Notes: generated by a model from the letters alone, not told the origin. Counted from the stretch's first letter, positions 37,673 to 49,373 are shown. The stretch is DNA of 64,000 nt from Thermodesulfobacteriota bacterium (GCA_965243595.1 OZ251569.1:1877907-1941906); one strand, 5' to 3'. Translations and numbers: made by a program.

Positions 37673-38820
37673 GCTATCGCCCTCAGGTTGTCCTTTATGA
37701 ACCTCGCCTTCTCGAGAGCCCTCGAGACGTCGCTTTCAAGCACCGTCACGTGTCCCATCTTCCTGTAGGGCTTGGTTCGGGTCTTGCCGTATATGTGAAA
37801 CTTCGCCCCCTCGACTTCCATGCAGTCGCAAAGCCCCTCGTACCTGACGGCGCCCTCGAAGCCGGGCTGGCCCAGTATGTTGATCATGACCGACGGGGTG
37901 GTGGTCCCGGTGCTTCCGGGAGGAAGGCCGAGAACCGCCCGAAGGCACTGCTCGTACTGCGAGGTGCGGGCCGCGTCGATCGTGTGGTGTCCGCTGTTGT
38001 GGGGCCTCGGGGCGGACTCGTTTATCAGCATCTCCCCGTCTCTGGAAAGAAACATCTCGACGGCCAGCAGGCCGCACATGTCGAACGCCTCTATCGTGCG
38101 CTCGGCGAGACGGCTCGCCTCCTCGGCGCGCTCACGGCCGATGTCGCAGGGACTCACGAGGAACTCCACTATGTTGGCCCTGGGGTCGAACATCATCTCG
38201 ACGGGAGAAAAGCACCTCGTCTCCCCCGCCGGGTTCCGCGACACTATGACCGATATCTCCTTTTCCACGTCGACCAGGTCCTCCACGACCGATTCTCCCT
38301 CGAGGAGATCTTCTAGATCGGCCTCGGTTCCGACCACCCGCACCCCCCTTCCGTCGTAACCCGTCCTCGAGAGCTTCTGGACGAACGGAATCCTTATGTC
38401 TCCCCGCGCCTCGGCCGCCGCAATCTCCTCCTTTCCCTCGAAAACCGAAAAATCCGCCGTGGGAAGTCCCCGGGACGCGTAGAAGCGCTTCTGCCTGGCC
38501 TTGTCCTGTATGAGCTCCACGGCCTCGGGCTCGGGTCTCACCACCACTCCACGTTCCCGCAGGCGAAAAAGCGCGGGCAGGTTCACGTTCTCTATCTCTA
38601 TGGTCAGGAAGTCGACGTTTTCTCCGAAACCGCACACGTCCTCGAAGTTCCTGAAGTCGCCCCGCAAGAACCGGGTGCACACCGCCGCCGCGGGACAGTC
38701 GGCGGAGGGGTCGAGCACGTACGTGCGCAGGTTCCACCTGCTGGCCGCGAGGCAGAGCATCTTTCCCAGCTGCCCTCCCCCCAGAATCCCAAGCCTCACT
38801 TCTCCCAGATCGGAAACCAT
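37669..38820 (-). CDS. purK: N5-carboxyaminoimidazole ribonucleotide synthase (ATP-grasp)
   Basis: Internal ATG 38820. [14 protein letters not shown]..., ATP-grasp core. The stop overlaps the purE start. Confidence 0.85.
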   Translation of the reverse strand: MVSDLGEVRLGILGGGQLGKMLCLAASRWNLRTYVLDPSADCPAAAVCTRFLRGDFRNFEDVCGFGENVDFLTIEIENVNLPALFRLRERGVVVRPEPEAVELIQDKARQKRFYASRGLPTADFSVFEGKEEIAAAEARGDIRIPFVQKLSRTGYDGRGVRVVGTEADLEDLLEGESVVEDLVDVEKEISVIVSRNPAGETRCFSPVEMMFDPRANIVEFLVSPCDIGRERAEEASRLAERTIEAFDMCGLLAVEMFLSRDGEMLINESAPRPHNSGHHTIDAARTSQYEQCLRAVLGLPPGSTGTTTPSVMINILGQPGFEGAVRYEGLCDCMEVEGAKFHIYGKTRTKPYRKMGHVTVLESDVSRALEKARFIKDNLRAIA

Positions 38821-38837
38821 AGCGTCGCCCGCGCCCC

Positions 38838-39491
38838 TCAGTCTATCACGGAAAAAAGCTCCATGGGAGTCTCTATCAGGTGCTTCGCCCCGTTTTCGCG
38901 AAGCTCCTCTCCCGTGCGAAATCCCCAGAGAACGCCCACGGGAAGCATGCCCGCGCCCACGGCCGTCATCATGTCCACGCCGGAGTCCCCTAGGTAGACC
39001 GTCTGCGAGGAACCGACCCCGAGCTCCCTGGATATCCCGAGGGCTCCCGACGGGTCGGGCTTCCTGGGAATCTCCTCCCTCTGTCCGACGACCGCGTCGA
39101 AGCTCCAGTCCGAGAGCAGCTCCTCCACGTACTTTTCCGCGAATCCGTGGGGCTTGTTGGTGAGAATGGCCTTTTTCATCCCCCTCCTGGAAAGCTCGTC
39201 CAGAAGTTCCGGTATGCCCTCGTAGAGCTTCGTCTTGACGTTGAACCTCTCGCCGTAGATGCGGTTGAAGTCGCCGAGGCACCGCTCCACCGCCTCCTCG
39301 CTGCGCTCCTTTTCGGGAAGCGCCCTCTCCACCATGGTCGCCGTCCCTCCGCCTATGAAATACCTGAAGCATCCGACGTCGCGGGGGGGAAAACCGTTCA
39401 TGCCGAGCGCCCTGTTCACGGCGTCCGCGAGGTCGTCGAGGGAATCTATCAGCGTTCCGTCAAGATCGAATACAACCGCTCCGTAGCTCAT
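38838..39491 (-). CDS. HAD-superfamily hydrolase (phosphoglycolate phosphatase-like)
   Basis: Internal ATG 39491. VVFDLDGTLIDS...LTNKP...YLGDSGVDMM. Confidence 0.8.
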   Translation of the reverse strand: MSYGAVVFDLDGTLIDSLDDLADAVNRALGMNGFPPRDVGCFRYFIGGGTATMVERALPEKERSEEAVERCLGDFNRIYGERFNVKTKLYEGIPELLDELSRRGMKKAILTNKPHGFAEKYVEELLSDWSFDAVVGQREEIPRKPDPSGALGISRELGVGSSQTVYLGDSGVDMMTAVGAGMLPVGVLWGFRTGEELRENGAKHLIETPMELFSVID

Positions 39492-39627
39492 CGTCCTAGG
39501 CAGAATTAAATAACCAATATGAAAAGGGAAGACAATTCCCGCCGCCGCGGGCGGCGAAGACCGCTCGGCGGGAAAACGGGTAGAATTCAGGCCCTCCCGG
39601 CCGGAACGGGGGTCCCGGGTTTTCCGC

Positions 39628-40968
39628 ATGAACTCGAAGAATCTCTCCATAACGGTAATCGGCGGCGGACTCGCAGGAGTCGAGGCGGCGAGGCAGATCG
39701 CCGGGTTCGGAATCCGCGCGAGGCTCTACGAAATGAGGCCCGCGAAAACCACCGCCGCCCACAGGACCGCGGGACTCGCCGAGCTTGTGTGCAGCAACTC
39801 GCTCAAGTCCCGCTCGGCGGAGAACGCCTCGGGAATACTGAAAAGGGAGATGAAGGAGCTCGGTTCGCTCGTGATCGAGGCGGCCGAGGCGTCGAGCGTT
39901 CCCGCGGGAAAGGCGCTCGCCGTGGACAGGGAGGCGTTTTCCCGCCACGTGACGCGCGAGACGGAGCGAAACCCGCTCGTGGAGGTGATAAGGGAGGAGG
40001 CGACCGGGATACCTCCCGGCGGTGACGAAATCGCGATAGTGGCCACGGGCCCGCTCACCTCGCAGGACATGTGCCGGGAAATCTCCTCGCTCACCGGGTC
40101 CCGCGGGCTTTACTTCTACGACGCCATCTCCCCGATAATCGACGCCGGGAGCGTGGACATGTCCAGGGTCTTTCGGGGGTCGAGGTACGGCGCCGCAGGA
40201 GAGGGAGACTACGTGAACTGCCCGCTTTCGCGGGAAGGATACTACGGGCTCGTGGACGGCCTGCTCCGGGGAGAGAAGGTCGAGCCCAGGGATTTCGAGA
40301 AGGCGGTCTACTTCGAGGGCTGCATGCCGGTCGAGACGATGTGCGGGAGGGGAAGGGACGCCCTGCGCTTCGGCCCCCTCAGGCCCGTGGGACTTCCCGA
40401 CCCGGGGACGGGAAAGACTCCCTTCGCCGTCCTGCAGCTGAGAACCGAAAACAGGGAGGAGACCATGTACAACATGGTGGGTTTCCAGACGAGGCTTCGC
40501 TACCCCGCCCAGAGGGAGGTTTTCAGAAAGATTCCGGGCCTGGAATCCGCCGAGTTTCTGAGGTACGGAAGCGTGCACAGAAACACCTACATAGACTCCC
40601 CCCGGCTGCTCGGGAGGGACCTCTCGCTCAGGTCCAGAGGAAACGTCTTTTTCGCCGGACAGATAACGGGAGTCGAGGGATACGCGGAGTCCGCCGCGAC
40701 GGGAATCGTGTGCGGGATAAACGCCGCGAGAAAGGCCCTGGGGCTTGCGCCCGCGCTGCCGGGGGCGGAAACGGCCGTGGGCTGCCTGCTCGGGCACGTC
40801 TGCTCCGACACGGGAAGGGAGTTTCAGCCCATGAACGTAAACTTCGGCCTCTTCCCCGGGGTTGAGGGAAGGATGTCCCGCAGGCGGCGGCGCGAGATCG
40901 TGGCGCGAAGGTCCCTCGAGGGCATCCGCGAATACGCGCACGCGGCAAGAAGTCCCGGCGGTGTTTGA
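39628..40968 (+). CDS. trmFO: Folate-dependent tRNA (uracil-5)-methyltransferase TrmFO
   Basis: VIGGGLAGVEAA...CSNSLKS...FAGQITGVEGYAESAATG, 446 aa. Confidence 0.85.
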   Translation: MNSKNLSITVIGGGLAGVEAARQIAGFGIRARLYEMRPAKTTAAHRTAGLAELVCSNSLKSRSAENASGILKREMKELGSLVIEAAEASSVPAGKALAVDREAFSRHVTRETERNPLVEVIREEATGIPPGGDEIAIVATGPLTSQDMCREISSLTGSRGLYFYDAISPIIDAGSVDMSRVFRGSRYGAAGEGDYVNCPLSREGYYGLVDGLLRGEKVEPRDFEKAVYFEGCMPVETMCGRGRDALRFGPLRPVGLPDPGTGKTPFAVLQLRTENREETMYNMVGFQTRLRYPAQREVFRKIPGLESAEFLRYGSVHRNTYIDSPRLLGRDLSLRSRGNVFFAGQITGVEGYAESAATGIVCGINAARKALGLAPALPGAETAVGCLLGHVCSDTGREFQPMNVNFGLFPGVEGRMSRRRRREIVARRSLEGIREYAHAARSPGGV

Positions 40969-41001
40969 TTCCCGCGTTTTGATGGTAGTATCTTGCCCGT
41001 C

Positions 41002-41889
41002 ATGACCTATCAGGAACTCATCCTGGCCCTCCAGGACTACTGGGCGTCTAGGGGCTGTCTCGTGGCGCAGCCCTACGACACGGAAAAGGGGGCCGGAACG
41101 TTCAATCCCGCCACCTTTCTCAGGTGCCTCGGCCCCGAGCCCTGGCACGCGGCGTACGTGGAGCCTTCCAGGAGGCCGACGGACGGGCGCTACGGGGACA
41201 ATCCCAACAGGCTCCAGCACTACTACCAGTTCCAGGTGCTGATCAAGCCATCTCCCGACGACATACAGCAGCTCTACCTCGAAAGCCTCAGGTCCTTCGG
41301 AATAGACCCACTGGAGCACGACGTGAGGTTCGTCGAGGACGACTGGGAGTCTCCCACCCTCGGGGCCTGGGGACTCGGCTGGGAGGTGTGGCTCGACGGC
41401 ATGGAGATAACCCAGTTCACCTACTTCCAGCAGGCGGGCGGAATAGACCTCGACCCGGTGTCGGCGGAGATCACCTACGGAACGGAGAGAATAGCGATGT
41501 ACCTGCAGGAGGTCGAAAGCGTCTACGACCTGGAGTGGACCGAGGGCGTGACGTACGGGGAGATGCATCACCAGAACGAGGTGCAGGCGTCCAGGTACAA
41601 CTTCGAGGAGTCCGACCCCGGGATGCTTCGGGAGCTTTTCGGAATGTACGAGGCGGAATGCCGCTCGCTCGTGGAAAAGGACCTTCCCCTTCCCGCCTAC
41701 GAGTACTGCCTCAAGACCTCCCACACGTTCAATCTCCTGGACGCGAGGGGAGCGACGGGGGTGGCGGAGCGGGCGTCGTACATAGGCCGGGTGCGGGCGC
41801 TTGCCAATCTCTGCGCGTCCTCCTACCTGCGGACGAGGGAGAAGCTGGGATTCCCCCTCCTGAAGAACGACCCATGGAAAAAGAGCTGA
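41002..41889 (+). CDS. glyQ: Glycine-tRNA ligase alpha subunit
   Basis: [19 protein letters not shown]...[25 protein letters not shown]. An extended -10 TGgTAGTAT lies at 40983-40991. Confidence 0.9.
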   Translation: MTYQELILALQDYWASRGCLVAQPYDTEKGAGTFNPATFLRCLGPEPWHAAYVEPSRRPTDGRYGDNPNRLQHYYQFQVLIKPSPDDIQQLYLESLRSFGIDPLEHDVRFVEDDWESPTLGAWGLGWEVWLDGMEITQFTYFQQAGGIDLDPVSAEITYGTERIAMYLQEVESVYDLEWTEGVTYGEMHHQNEVQASRYNFEESDPGMLRELFGMYEAECRSLVEKDLPLPAYEYCLKTSHTFNLLDARGATGVAERASYIGRVRALANLCASSYLRTREKLGFPLLKNDPWKKS

Positions 41890-43961
41890 TACTGGAAATC
41901 GGAACGGAGGAGATACCCGCGCTGTTTCTCGCCGGGGCGGCCGCCGACCTGCGCTCGATCCTCGAAGGGGAGCTTCGGGACGAGGGCGTCGGGTTCGGGG
42001 AAATCGAGGTTCTCTACACGCCGAGGAGGCTCGCGGCGAGGGTGAGCGGTCTCGAGAGAAAGCAGGAGGACCGCGTCTCGGAAAGCTTCGGACCGCCGGT
42101 GCGCGCCGCGTTCGACGAGAAGGGAAAGCCCACGGCCGCCGCCCTGGGTTTCGCGAGATCCCAGAAAGTCGACGTCGAGAAACTGGTCGTCGCCCGAAGG
42201 AACAACGGAGAGTTCCTCTGCTCAAGGAGAGTCTCGAGGGGAAGGAAGACCCCGTCGGTGCTGCGGGAGCTGCTTCCCCGGGCGATCGCCGCGATTCCCT
42301 TCAGGAAATCCATGAGATGGGGCGCGGGAAAGACCGTGTTCGCGAGACCCGTGAGGTGGATATCGGCCGTCTACGAGGAAAAGACCGTCGGGTTCTCGGT
42401 GGGAGACGTGGAGAGCTCGAACGCGAGCTTCGGCCACAGGTTCACATCCCCGAAGCCGTTTCGCGTGAAAAGCTGGGCGAAGTACGTCGAGGCTCTCGAG
42501 AAAAAAGACGTGATACTCGACCCGGAGAGAAGAAAGGAGATAGTGAGAAAAAACGCCGCGCGGGCGGCGAAAAGAATCGGGGGAACGGTGGACGAAGACC
42601 CCGGGCTGCTGGAAACCGTCGTGAACCTGGTCGAGCACCCCACGGTGCTCGTCGGAGGGTTCGAGAGCAAGTACCTGCGCCTGCCCGAGGAAGTGCTGGC
42701 AAGCGTCATGAAGACCCACCAGAAGTACTTTCCCGTCCGCTCGGAGAAGACCGGAGAGCTGCTCGCGAACTTCGTCTTCGTCTGCGGAACTCCCGTCGCC
42801 GACGGCCGGGTGGTGGTCAGGGGAAACGAGAGGGTCATAAGGGCGAGGCTCAGCGACGCGGAATTCTTTTTCTCGGAAGACGCGAAAAAGGACCTGGAGA
42901 GCCGCGCCGGCGATCTCGATTCCATGGTGTTTCTCTCCGGCGTGGGAAGCTACGGGGTGAAGGTCGGACGCATGAAGGCGCTCGCGAGGGAGCTTTTCGA
43001 AAATCCCGACCTCGAGCGCGCCGCCGAACTCTCGAAATCCGACCTCGCGACGCAGATGGTGTTCGAGTTCCCCGAACTCCAGGGAGTGATGGGCAGGCAC
43101 TACTCCCTGATCGGAGGGGAGAAAAAGGCCGTGGCCGCGGCCATAGAGGAACAGTACATGCCCCTTTCCAGAAACGGCGACCTTCCCCGGACGAAAACCG
43201 GCGCGCTGCTGAGCGTCGTCGACAAGATCGACAACATTTCCTCCTGCTTCGCCGCCGGGCTGGCTCCCACGGGATCCTCCGACCCCTACGCCGTGAGGAG
43301 AAACGCGCTGGGAATGATAAGAATCTGCATAGAGAAAAAACTCGACCTCTCCCTCTCCGACGCCTTCGCGAAAAGCGTCCGGCTGGTCGCCGGGTCCATG
43401 GACGGGGAGAAGAAGGGGAACCGCCGGCCGGAGGCCGACGTCGAAAGGGAGATCATGGAATTCGTGTCCGGGAGATTCAGGAACCTCATGACGGAATCGG
43501 GCTTCGGCGGAGGGGTCGTCGAGGCGGTCGCGGCGGCGGGCTTCGACAGTCCCCTCGACGCGTACAGGAAAACCAGGGCGCTCGGGAAGTTCGCGGGCCG
43601 CCGGGACTTCGCGAAGCTCGCCACGGGATTCAAGAGGGTTTTCAACATAGCGAAGGAAAGACCCGCGGCGAAGCTCAGCGAAGGGCTCCTGGAACGCGGG
43701 GAGGAAAAGGAGCTCGCCCGGGCGCTCGCGGGCGCGAAAGAGGCGGTGGCGCAAAGGATCTCCGTTCCCGGCAAGGTCCCCGGCGAGAGGGACTACCTCG
43801 CCTGTCTCGAGTCCCTCAAAACGCTTTCCGCCCCGATAGACGGCTTTTTCGACGCGGTGATGGTCATGGACGAGGACGAGAGGACCAGGAACAACCGCCT
43901 CGCCCTTCTCGGCGAAATAAAGGACCTGTTTTTCCGGATGGCCGACTTCTCGAAGATATGA
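41874..43961 (+). CDS. glyS: Glycine-tRNA ligase beta subunit
   Basis: ATG 41874, [18 protein letters not shown]..., 695 aa. It overlaps the glyQ end by 16 nt. The track ORF 41124-43961 is an upstream read-through of this frame. Confidence 0.9.
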   Translation: MEKELILEIGTEEIPALFLAGAAADLRSILEGELRDEGVGFGEIEVLYTPRRLAARVSGLERKQEDRVSESFGPPVRAAFDEKGKPTAAALGFARSQKVDVEKLVVARRNNGEFLCSRRVSRGRKTPSVLRELLPRAIAAIPFRKSMRWGAGKTVFARPVRWISAVYEEKTVGFSVGDVESSNASFGHRFTSPKPFRVKSWAKYVEALEKKDVILDPERRKEIVRKNAARAAKRIGGTVDEDPGLLETVVNLVEHPTVLVGGFESKYLRLPEEVLASVMKTHQKYFPVRSEKTGELLANFVFVCGTPVADGRVVVRGNERVIRARLSDAEFFFSEDAKKDLESRAGDLDSMVFLSGVGSYGVKVGRMKALARELFENPDLERAAELSKSDLATQMVFEFPELQGVMGRHYSLIGGEKKAVAAAIEEQYMPLSRNGDLPRTKTGALLSVVDKIDNISSCFAAGLAPTGSSDPYAVRRNALGMIRICIEKKLDLSLSDAFAKSVRLVAGSMDGEKKGNRRPEADVEREIMEFVSGRFRNLMTESGFGGGVVEAVAAAGFDSPLDAYRKTRALGKFAGRRDFAKLATGFKRVFNIAKERPAAKLSEGLLERGEEKELARALAGAKEAVAQRISVPGKVPGERDYLACLESLKTLSAPIDGFFDAVMVMDEDERTRNNRLALLGEIKDLFFRMADFSKI

Positions 43962-44006
43962 CGCGCGACCCCGGAACTTGAGATAAGCCCGGGTTGGTGT
44001 ATCGTA

Positions 44007-44207
44007 TTGTCCGAGATGTTCGGACAACTAGGCATATGGGAACTCGTGGCCATTCTGGCCATTCTGCTCCTCATCTTCGGCCCCAGCAGGCTCGGGGACA
44101 TCGGCTCTTCCCTGGGCAAGGGAATAAGGGGATTCAGAAAGTCCATAAGGGAAGACGAGACCGCCGAGACGGCCGGGGGAGACGGCGGGGCGGACACGAA
44201 AGGCTAG
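44007..44207 (+). CDS. tatA: Sec-independent translocase protein TatA/E
   Basis: FGQLGIWELVAILAILLLIFGPSRLGDIGSSLGKGIRGFRKS. The likely true start is ATG 44016. Confidence 0.85.
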   Translation: MSEMFGQLGIWELVAILAILLLIFGPSRLGDIGSSLGKGIRGFRKSIREDETAETAGGDGGADTKG

Positions 44208-44213
44208 CGGGAC

Positions 44214-44639
44214 CTATCTCTTCCGGCGCGGCCTCGCGAGTTCCACCAGCACCCCGTTCATCGACCGGGGGTGTATGAAGGCGACTTCCGCGCCGTAGGC
44301 TCCCGCCCTGGGATGCTCGTCTATGAGCCTCGCGCCCTTTTCCTCGAGCCTTCTGAGCGAAGCCTCCACGTCGTCCGTGAGAAAGCACAGGTGGTGAATC
44401 CCCTCCCCCCTTTTTTCGAGGAACCCGGAGACCGGCGAATTTTCGTCCAGGGGCTCGAGAAGCTCTATCGCCGTGCCCTCGCCGCCGGGGGGAAGCAGCA
44501 TCGAGGTTCTGACTCCCTGGTCGGCCACGACCTCCCTGTGGGCGACCCGAAGTCCCATCATGCCCGAGTAGAGCTCCTCCGCCCTCGCTATGTCCCTCAC
44601 GGCTATGGCCACGTGATGAAGAGAACCGTTCTTTTCCAA
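44214..44639 (-). CDS. mce: Methylmalonyl-CoA epimerase (VOC/glyoxalase fold)
   Basis: TTG 44639 sits behind [21 protein letters not shown]...GIHHLCFLTDD...VAFIHP. Confidence 0.75.
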   Translation of the reverse strand: MEKNGSLHHVAIAVRDIARAEELYSGMMGLRVAHREVVADQGVRTSMLLPPGGEGTAIELLEPLDENSPVSGFLEKRGEGIHHLCFLTDDVEASLRRLEEKGARLIDEHPRAGAYGAEVAFIHPRSMNGVLVELARPRRKR

Positions 44640-44662
44640 TGCTGCGCCCTCCCCGACGCCGG

Positions 44663-46153
44663 TCAGGAAACCCGCCGCTCGGCGACGCTGAACTTCCCGG
44701 GAGAATCCCCCGTCTCCCTGAACCTTATCCTGACTCCCCTCTCCCTCTGAATCCTCCTCACCGACTTTCCCTCTATCTCCCGAAGCTTCGCTATCACGCC
44801 CCCGTCGGCGCACACGGTGAGTTCCTCCACGCCCGGGTCGTCCGCGCGCCGGGCAAGGTCCCTCAGTATCTCGTAGCAGACGGTGTGCGCGGACTTGACC
44901 CTGCCGCTTCCCCCGCACGCGTCGCAGGCCTCGGTAAGATCCGAGAGCACGCTTTCCCTCACCCTGCGCCTGGTGAGCTGCACGACGCCGAAGGCCGATA
45001 TCCCCTGGATGGTGCTGCGCGCCTTGTCCTTTTTCATCTCCTCGAAAAAAAGCGACTCTATCTTCCTTCCCGACTTCTGGGACCGCATGTCTATGAAGTC
45101 GATCACTATGATTCCCACGAGGTTGCGGAGCCTTATCTGCCTGGCGGCCTCCACGGCCGCTTCCCTGTTGGTCTTGAGTATGGTCTGTTCGTGGGCTTCC
45201 TCCCCCACCAGGCGGCCGGAATTCACGTCTATCACCGTAAGCCCCTCGGCCTCGTCTATGACCAGGTACCCGCCGGACTTCATCCACGCCTTCCTGCGGC
45301 ACATCTTCTCTATCTGGCTCTCGATTCCGTATCTCTCGAATATGGGCTCGCTCCCGTCGTAGAGGTCGACCCTGAAATTCCCCCTGCCTATCCCGTCGGA
45401 AAAGTACTTCGATATCTCGGCGTGGGTCTTCTGGGAATCCACCGTGATCTTCTTCAGGCCGTTTCCCATGACGTCCCTCACCACCCTCACCGAGACGCTC
45501 GACTCCTCGTATAGCCTGCGCGGGGGTCCCGGGGACTCGTACTTCTTCCTTATTCTCCTCCACTTGGCGGCAAGCGACTTCATCTCGGCCCTTATGTCCC
45601 CCTCCTCGGCCTTCCCGCACGCGGTCCTGAGTATGAACCCCATGTTCCGCGGCCGCTTCTCCATCATCTCGGAGAGCCTCTTTCTCCGCTTCGCGTCGGT
45701 TATCTTGCGGGAAACGCTCACCGCGTCCGCCGTCGGAAGCAGGACTAGGTACTTGCCCGGAAGTCCCACGCGGCAGGTGAGCTTGGGTCCCTTGGTTCCC
45801 GTGGGTTCCTTGACGGCCTGGACCATGACCTCCTGTCCTTCGCGCAGGACCTCCTGTATGGGCTGGCGGTTTTTCCCCGAAGGCCGCGGCGCGTCCCCCT
45901 CTTCCAGGAAAAGCTCGCTCAGAGACTCCTCGTACACGTCCTCGGCGGAGAGAAACCCGGACTTGCCCGTTCCTATGTCGACGAAAGCCGCCTGCATGCC
46001 GGGAACTATCTTCTCCACCTTTCCCCTGTACACGCTTCCGGACATGGAAGAGCCGTTCTTTCTCTCTATGAAAAGCTCGCTGAGCCTGCTCTTTTCGAGC
46101 ACCGCTATCCTGGTCTCGCCGGAGAGGGAATTGATGACAAGTTGAGTATGCAT
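44663..46153 (-). CDS. rng: Ribonuclease E/G family (RNase G-like)
   Basis: S1 domain GSVYRGKVEKIVPGMQAAFVDIG, then the catalytic core ...GGYLVIDEAEGLTVIDVNSG...IIVIDFIDM. Confidence 0.85.
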   Translation of the reverse strand: MHTQLVINSLSGETRIAVLEKSRLSELFIERKNGSSMSGSVYRGKVEKIVPGMQAAFVDIGTGKSGFLSAEDVYEESLSELFLEEGDAPRPSGKNRQPIQEVLREGQEVMVQAVKEPTGTKGPKLTCRVGLPGKYLVLLPTADAVSVSRKITDAKRRKRLSEMMEKRPRNMGFILRTACGKAEEGDIRAEMKSLAAKWRRIRKKYESPGPPRRLYEESSVSVRVVRDVMGNGLKKITVDSQKTHAEISKYFSDGIGRGNFRVDLYDGSEPIFERYGIESQIEKMCRRKAWMKSGGYLVIDEAEGLTVIDVNSGRLVGEEAHEQTILKTNREAAVEAARQIRLRNLVGIIVIDFIDMRSQKSGRKIESLFFEEMKKDKARSTIQGISAFGVVQLTRRRVRESVLSDLTEACDACGGSGRVKSAHTVCYEILRDLARRADDPGVEELTVCADGGVIAKLREIEGKSVRRIQRERGVRIRFRETGDSPGKFSVAERRVS

Positions 46154-46247
46154 GAAGCGCCGGGCGGACAAGCGTCCGTTTCCGTAAGTATAACGCAAAC
46201 CGCGCGGGGCGGGAAACCCAGCGGCGCGGCCGCGCGGGCGCGGCGGT

Positions 46248-46661
46248 TCAGCCGCCCCGTCTTCCCATCTCCGCTATCGCGTCGTAATGCTCCTTTTCGA
46301 GCCGCATGACGGAGAGGCGGCTCTGCTTCACCAGGGCGACGTCCCGGAGTCTCGGGTCGGCCTTGACGCTCTCAAGCGACACGGGGCTGGGGAGGGTTTC
46401 CACGGGTTCCAGGTCGACCGCCACCCACCTGGGGTCGTCGGTCGTGGGATCCTGGTAGTGCTCCCTTCTCACCCTGGATATTCCCACGACTTCGAGACCC
46501 TCGTTGCTGTGGTAGAAAAGAACGGGGTCTCCCTTCTTCATGCTCCTCAGGTTGTTCCTGGCCTGGTAGTTTCTCACCCCGTCCCAGTAGGTCCACCCGT
46601 CGCGGACGAACTCCTCCCACGAGTACTTGAAAGGTTCGGACTTGACGAGCCAGTGGTTCAC
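46248..46661 (-). CDS. EVE (PUA-like) domain protein
   Basis: MNHWLVKSEPFKYSWEEFVRDGWTYWDGVRNYQARNNLRSMKKGDPVLFYHS. Confidence 0.8.
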   Translation of the reverse strand: MNHWLVKSEPFKYSWEEFVRDGWTYWDGVRNYQARNNLRSMKKGDPVLFYHSNEGLEVVGISRVRREHYQDPTTDDPRWVAVDLEPVETLPSPVSLESVKADPRLRDVALVKQSRLSVMRLEKEHYDAIAEMGRRGG

Positions 46662-46831
46662 GGCCCGGTAATTATAGACGGCGCGGAGCGCGATTGCCAG
46701 AGCCGGGCGGCGGGGAAGTTCCGCGGGATCCGTATTTTACCGGGCGGAGCGGTCAGGTATTTTTACACCCCTTGCCCGCCGCGTCCCGCGGGCGGCTTCG
46801 CGCGGGGCGGGCGCGGGAAGGAGACTTCGCG

Positions 46832-47554
46832 TTGACGATCATCCCGGCCATAGACATAAAGGACGGAAACTGCGTGCGGCTGGTCAGGGGGCGGGAAGGC
46901 ACCGAGACCGTGTTTTCCGACGACCCGCCGGAGACGGCCAGGAGGTGGGAGGCGTGCGGGGCGAAGTGGATTCACGTCGTCGACCTAGACGGGGCCTTTC
47001 GCGGAAGCCCCGCGAATTTCGCCGCGGTGGCGGAAATAGTCCGGTCGGTTTCCTCGAGCGTCCAGGTGGGAGGGGGAATAAGGGACATGGCGGCGGCGGA
47101 GAGATACCTCGAGGCGGGCGCGCGGAGGCTGATACTGGGCACCTCGGCATTCACCGACCGGGAGTTTCTCGGGGAGGCGTGCCGGAGGTTTCCCGGAAAG
47201 ATCGCCGTGGGAGTGGACACTAGGGGAGGAAGGGTGGCCCTTCGCGGATGGAAGGAGGTCACCGACGCGGACGTCGGGGAGACGACCCGGGAGTTCGCCG
47301 ATGCGGGCGTCTCTCTCGTGATACGCACGGACATCGACCGCGACGGCACGATGGAGGGAGTCGACGCGGACTCGATAAGGAGCTTTCTCTCCGAGTGCGC
47401 CCTTCCCGTTATCGCTTCGGGCGGAATAGCGTCGGTCTCCGACCTCGAGGAGATAAGCTCCGTGGGAGACGGGAAGCTGCTCGGGGCGATTCTCGGAAAA
47501 TCGCTTTACTCGGGTTCGATCGATCTTGCGGAGAGCATAAGAAGGTTCGGGTAG
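46832..47554 (+). CDS. hisA: ProFAR isomerase HisA
   Basis: TTG 46832 sits behind GGAAGGAG. IIPAIDIKDGNCVRL...VVDLDGA...GGGIR. Confidence 0.85.
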   Translation: MTIIPAIDIKDGNCVRLVRGREGTETVFSDDPPETARRWEACGAKWIHVVDLDGAFRGSPANFAAVAEIVRSVSSSVQVGGGIRDMAAAERYLEAGARRLILGTSAFTDREFLGEACRRFPGKIAVGVDTRGGRVALRGWKEVTDADVGETTREFADAGVSLVIRTDIDRDGTMEGVDADSIRSFLSECALPVIASGGIASVSDLEEISSVGDGKLLGAILGKSLYSGSIDLAESIRRFG

Positions 47555-48313
47555 ATGGTTTCGAAAAGAATAATACCGTGTCTCGACGTAAAGGACGGGC
47601 GGGTGGTCAAGGGCGTGCGCTTCGTGAACCTCAGGGACGCGGGCGATCCCGTGGAAGCGGCCAAGAGGTACGGCGAGGAGGGGGCCGACGAGATAACCTT
47701 TCTCGACATCACGGCCTCCCACGAGAAGAGAAAGACGATGATAGACGTGGTCGAGCGGACCGCGGGCGAGGTGTTCGTCCCCCTTACCGTGGGAGGGGGG
47801 ATAAGGACGGTGGAAGACGTGAGGGCGCTTCTGCTCGCGGGGGCGGACAAGGTCGCCGTGAACACCGCGGCGGTTGCCGACCCCGGTTTCGTGAGCAGGG
47901 CCGCCGGGAGGTTCGGAAGCCAGTGCGTGGTGGTGGCCGTAGACGCGAGGCGAAACGGCGGCGGGTGGGAGGTGTTCACCCACGGCGGAAGGAAACCCGC
48001 CGGCCTGGACGCGCTCGAGTGGGCCCGCAGGACGGAGGAGCTGGGAGCGGGAGAGATACTTCTCACCAGCATGGACAGAGACGGCACGGAGGACGGCTAC
48101 GATCTCGAGCTCACCGCGGCGGTGTCCTCGGCCGTCGGCATCCCGGTCATAGCCTCCGGGGGCGCGGGCAGGCTCGAACACCTGCTCGAGGCCGTGGAGA
48201 GGGGCGGGGCCGACGCCGTGCTCTGCGCGTCGATTTTCCACTACGGCAAGTACTCCATAGGCGAGGCCAAGGAGTTTCTCTCGGAAAAGGGAGTGGCGGT
48301 GAGAACGCTTTAG
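47555..48313 (+). CDS. hisF: Imidazole glycerol phosphate synthase cyclase subunit HisF
   Basis: [17 protein letters not shown]...TVGGGIR...SMDRDGT...ASGGAG. Confidence 0.9.
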   Translation: MVSKRIIPCLDVKDGRVVKGVRFVNLRDAGDPVEAAKRYGEEGADEITFLDITASHEKRKTMIDVVERTAGEVFVPLTVGGGIRTVEDVRALLLAGADKVAVNTAAVADPGFVSRAAGRFGSQCVVVAVDARRNGGGWEVFTHGGRKPAGLDALEWARRTEELGAGEILLTSMDRDGTEDGYDLELTAAVSSAVGIPVIASGGAGRLEHLLEAVERGGADAVLCASIFHYGKYSIGEAKEFLSEKGVAVRTL

Positions 48314-48329
48314 GGGAGGTTCGGGAATC

Positions 48330-49373
48330 TTGCTGGTACGGCGACAGACCGAAGAAAACGAAAAGAGACTGCTTTCCCCGCTCGCGACCCCGAGCGGCGA
48401 ATCGAGGGGAAGAGCCGTCCCCGAAAAGGAGTGCTCCATAAGGACGTGCTTCCAGAGAGACCGCGACAGGATAATACACTCCAAGGCGTTTCGCAGGCTC
48501 AAGCACAAGACCCAGGTGTTCATCTCCCCCACCAACGACCACTACCGCACGAGGCTCACTCACGTGATAGAGGTCTCGCAGATAGCCAGAACGGTCTCGA
48601 GGGCGCTCATGCTCAACGAGGACCTCACCGAAGCCATAGCCCTGGGCCACGACATAGGACACACCCCCTTCGGCCACTCGGGCGAGGAGGGACTCGACGA
48701 GGTCTTCCCCGGGGGGTTCAGGCACGTCCGCCAGAGCATGAGAGTGGTGGAGGCGCTCGAGCGCGGCGGGCGGGGACTCAACCTCACGTTCGAGGTGAGG
48801 GAAGGAATCGCGAAGCACTCCAAGGGGTGGGGAAAGGAAGGAATAGACACCGAGGACAACAGGCCGGGGACGATGGAGGGCCAGGTGACCAAGATCTCCG
48901 ACCTGGTCGCCTACGCCAACCACGATCTCGACGACGCCGTGCGCTCGGGAATAATCGCCGCCGGGGACGTTCCGCCCCGCTGCGTCTCGGTTCTGGGAAA
49001 CACGGCCTCGGAGAGGGTGAACACGATGGTCGCGGACATCGTCGAGCACACCGCGAAAAGCGGGGAGAGAAGGGTAGTCATGAGCGACGGGGTTTTCGAC
49101 GCCCTCATGGGTCTTCGCGTGTACCTCTACGAAAACGTCTACGTGAGCGAGCGGCTCCTCGAGCTTCACGAGAGGGCGAAAAAAGTCGTAAGGGAGCTCT
49201 ACGGGTATTTCTGCGCGAACGAAAAGGTCTTCCGCGAAACCTGCGGGATGCCCGCGAGGGAGGAGGATTCGCTCGAGAGGGCGGTGTGCGACTTCATAGC
49301 CGGGATGAGCGACCTCTACGCGCTTTCCCTGTACGAAAAGATATTCCTTCCCTCCCAGTGGAACAGGAGCTGA
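48330..49373 (+). CDS. dGTPase-like HD-domain phosphohydrolase
   Basis: FQRDRDRIIHSKAFRRLKHKTQVF...YRTRLTHVIEVSQI...GHDIGHTPFGH. Confidence 0.8.
   Translation: MLVRRQTEENEKRLLSPLATPSGESRGRAVPEKECSIRTCFQRDRDRIIHSKAFRRLKHKTQVFISPTNDHYRTRLTHVIEVSQIARTVSRALMLNEDLTEAIALGHDIGHTPFGHSGEEGLDEVFPGGFRHVRQSMRVVEALERGGRGLNLTFEVREGIAKHSKGWGKEGIDTEDNRPGTMEGQVTKISDLVAYANHDLDDAVRSGIIAAGDVPPRCVSVLGNTASERVNTMVADIVEHTAKSGERRVVMSDGVFDALMGLRVYLYENVYVSERLLELHERAKKVVRELYGYFCANEKVFRETCGMPAREEDSLERAVCDFIAGMSDLYALSLYEKIFLPSQWNRS

Noticed and set aside
39496-42225. Very long minus-strand ORFs: 909 aa here and 601 aa at 42222-44027. Similar ORFs are 12476-14176, 22416-23954, 35717-37768, 46985-48535, 48147-49682 and 10714-12282.
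   Set aside because: All overlap well-supported genes (trmFO, glyQ/glyS, NSS transporter, aroB, rseP, hisF and others) on the other strand or in another frame. All have low-complexity R/G/P-rich translations typical of non-coding frames in GC-rich DNA.
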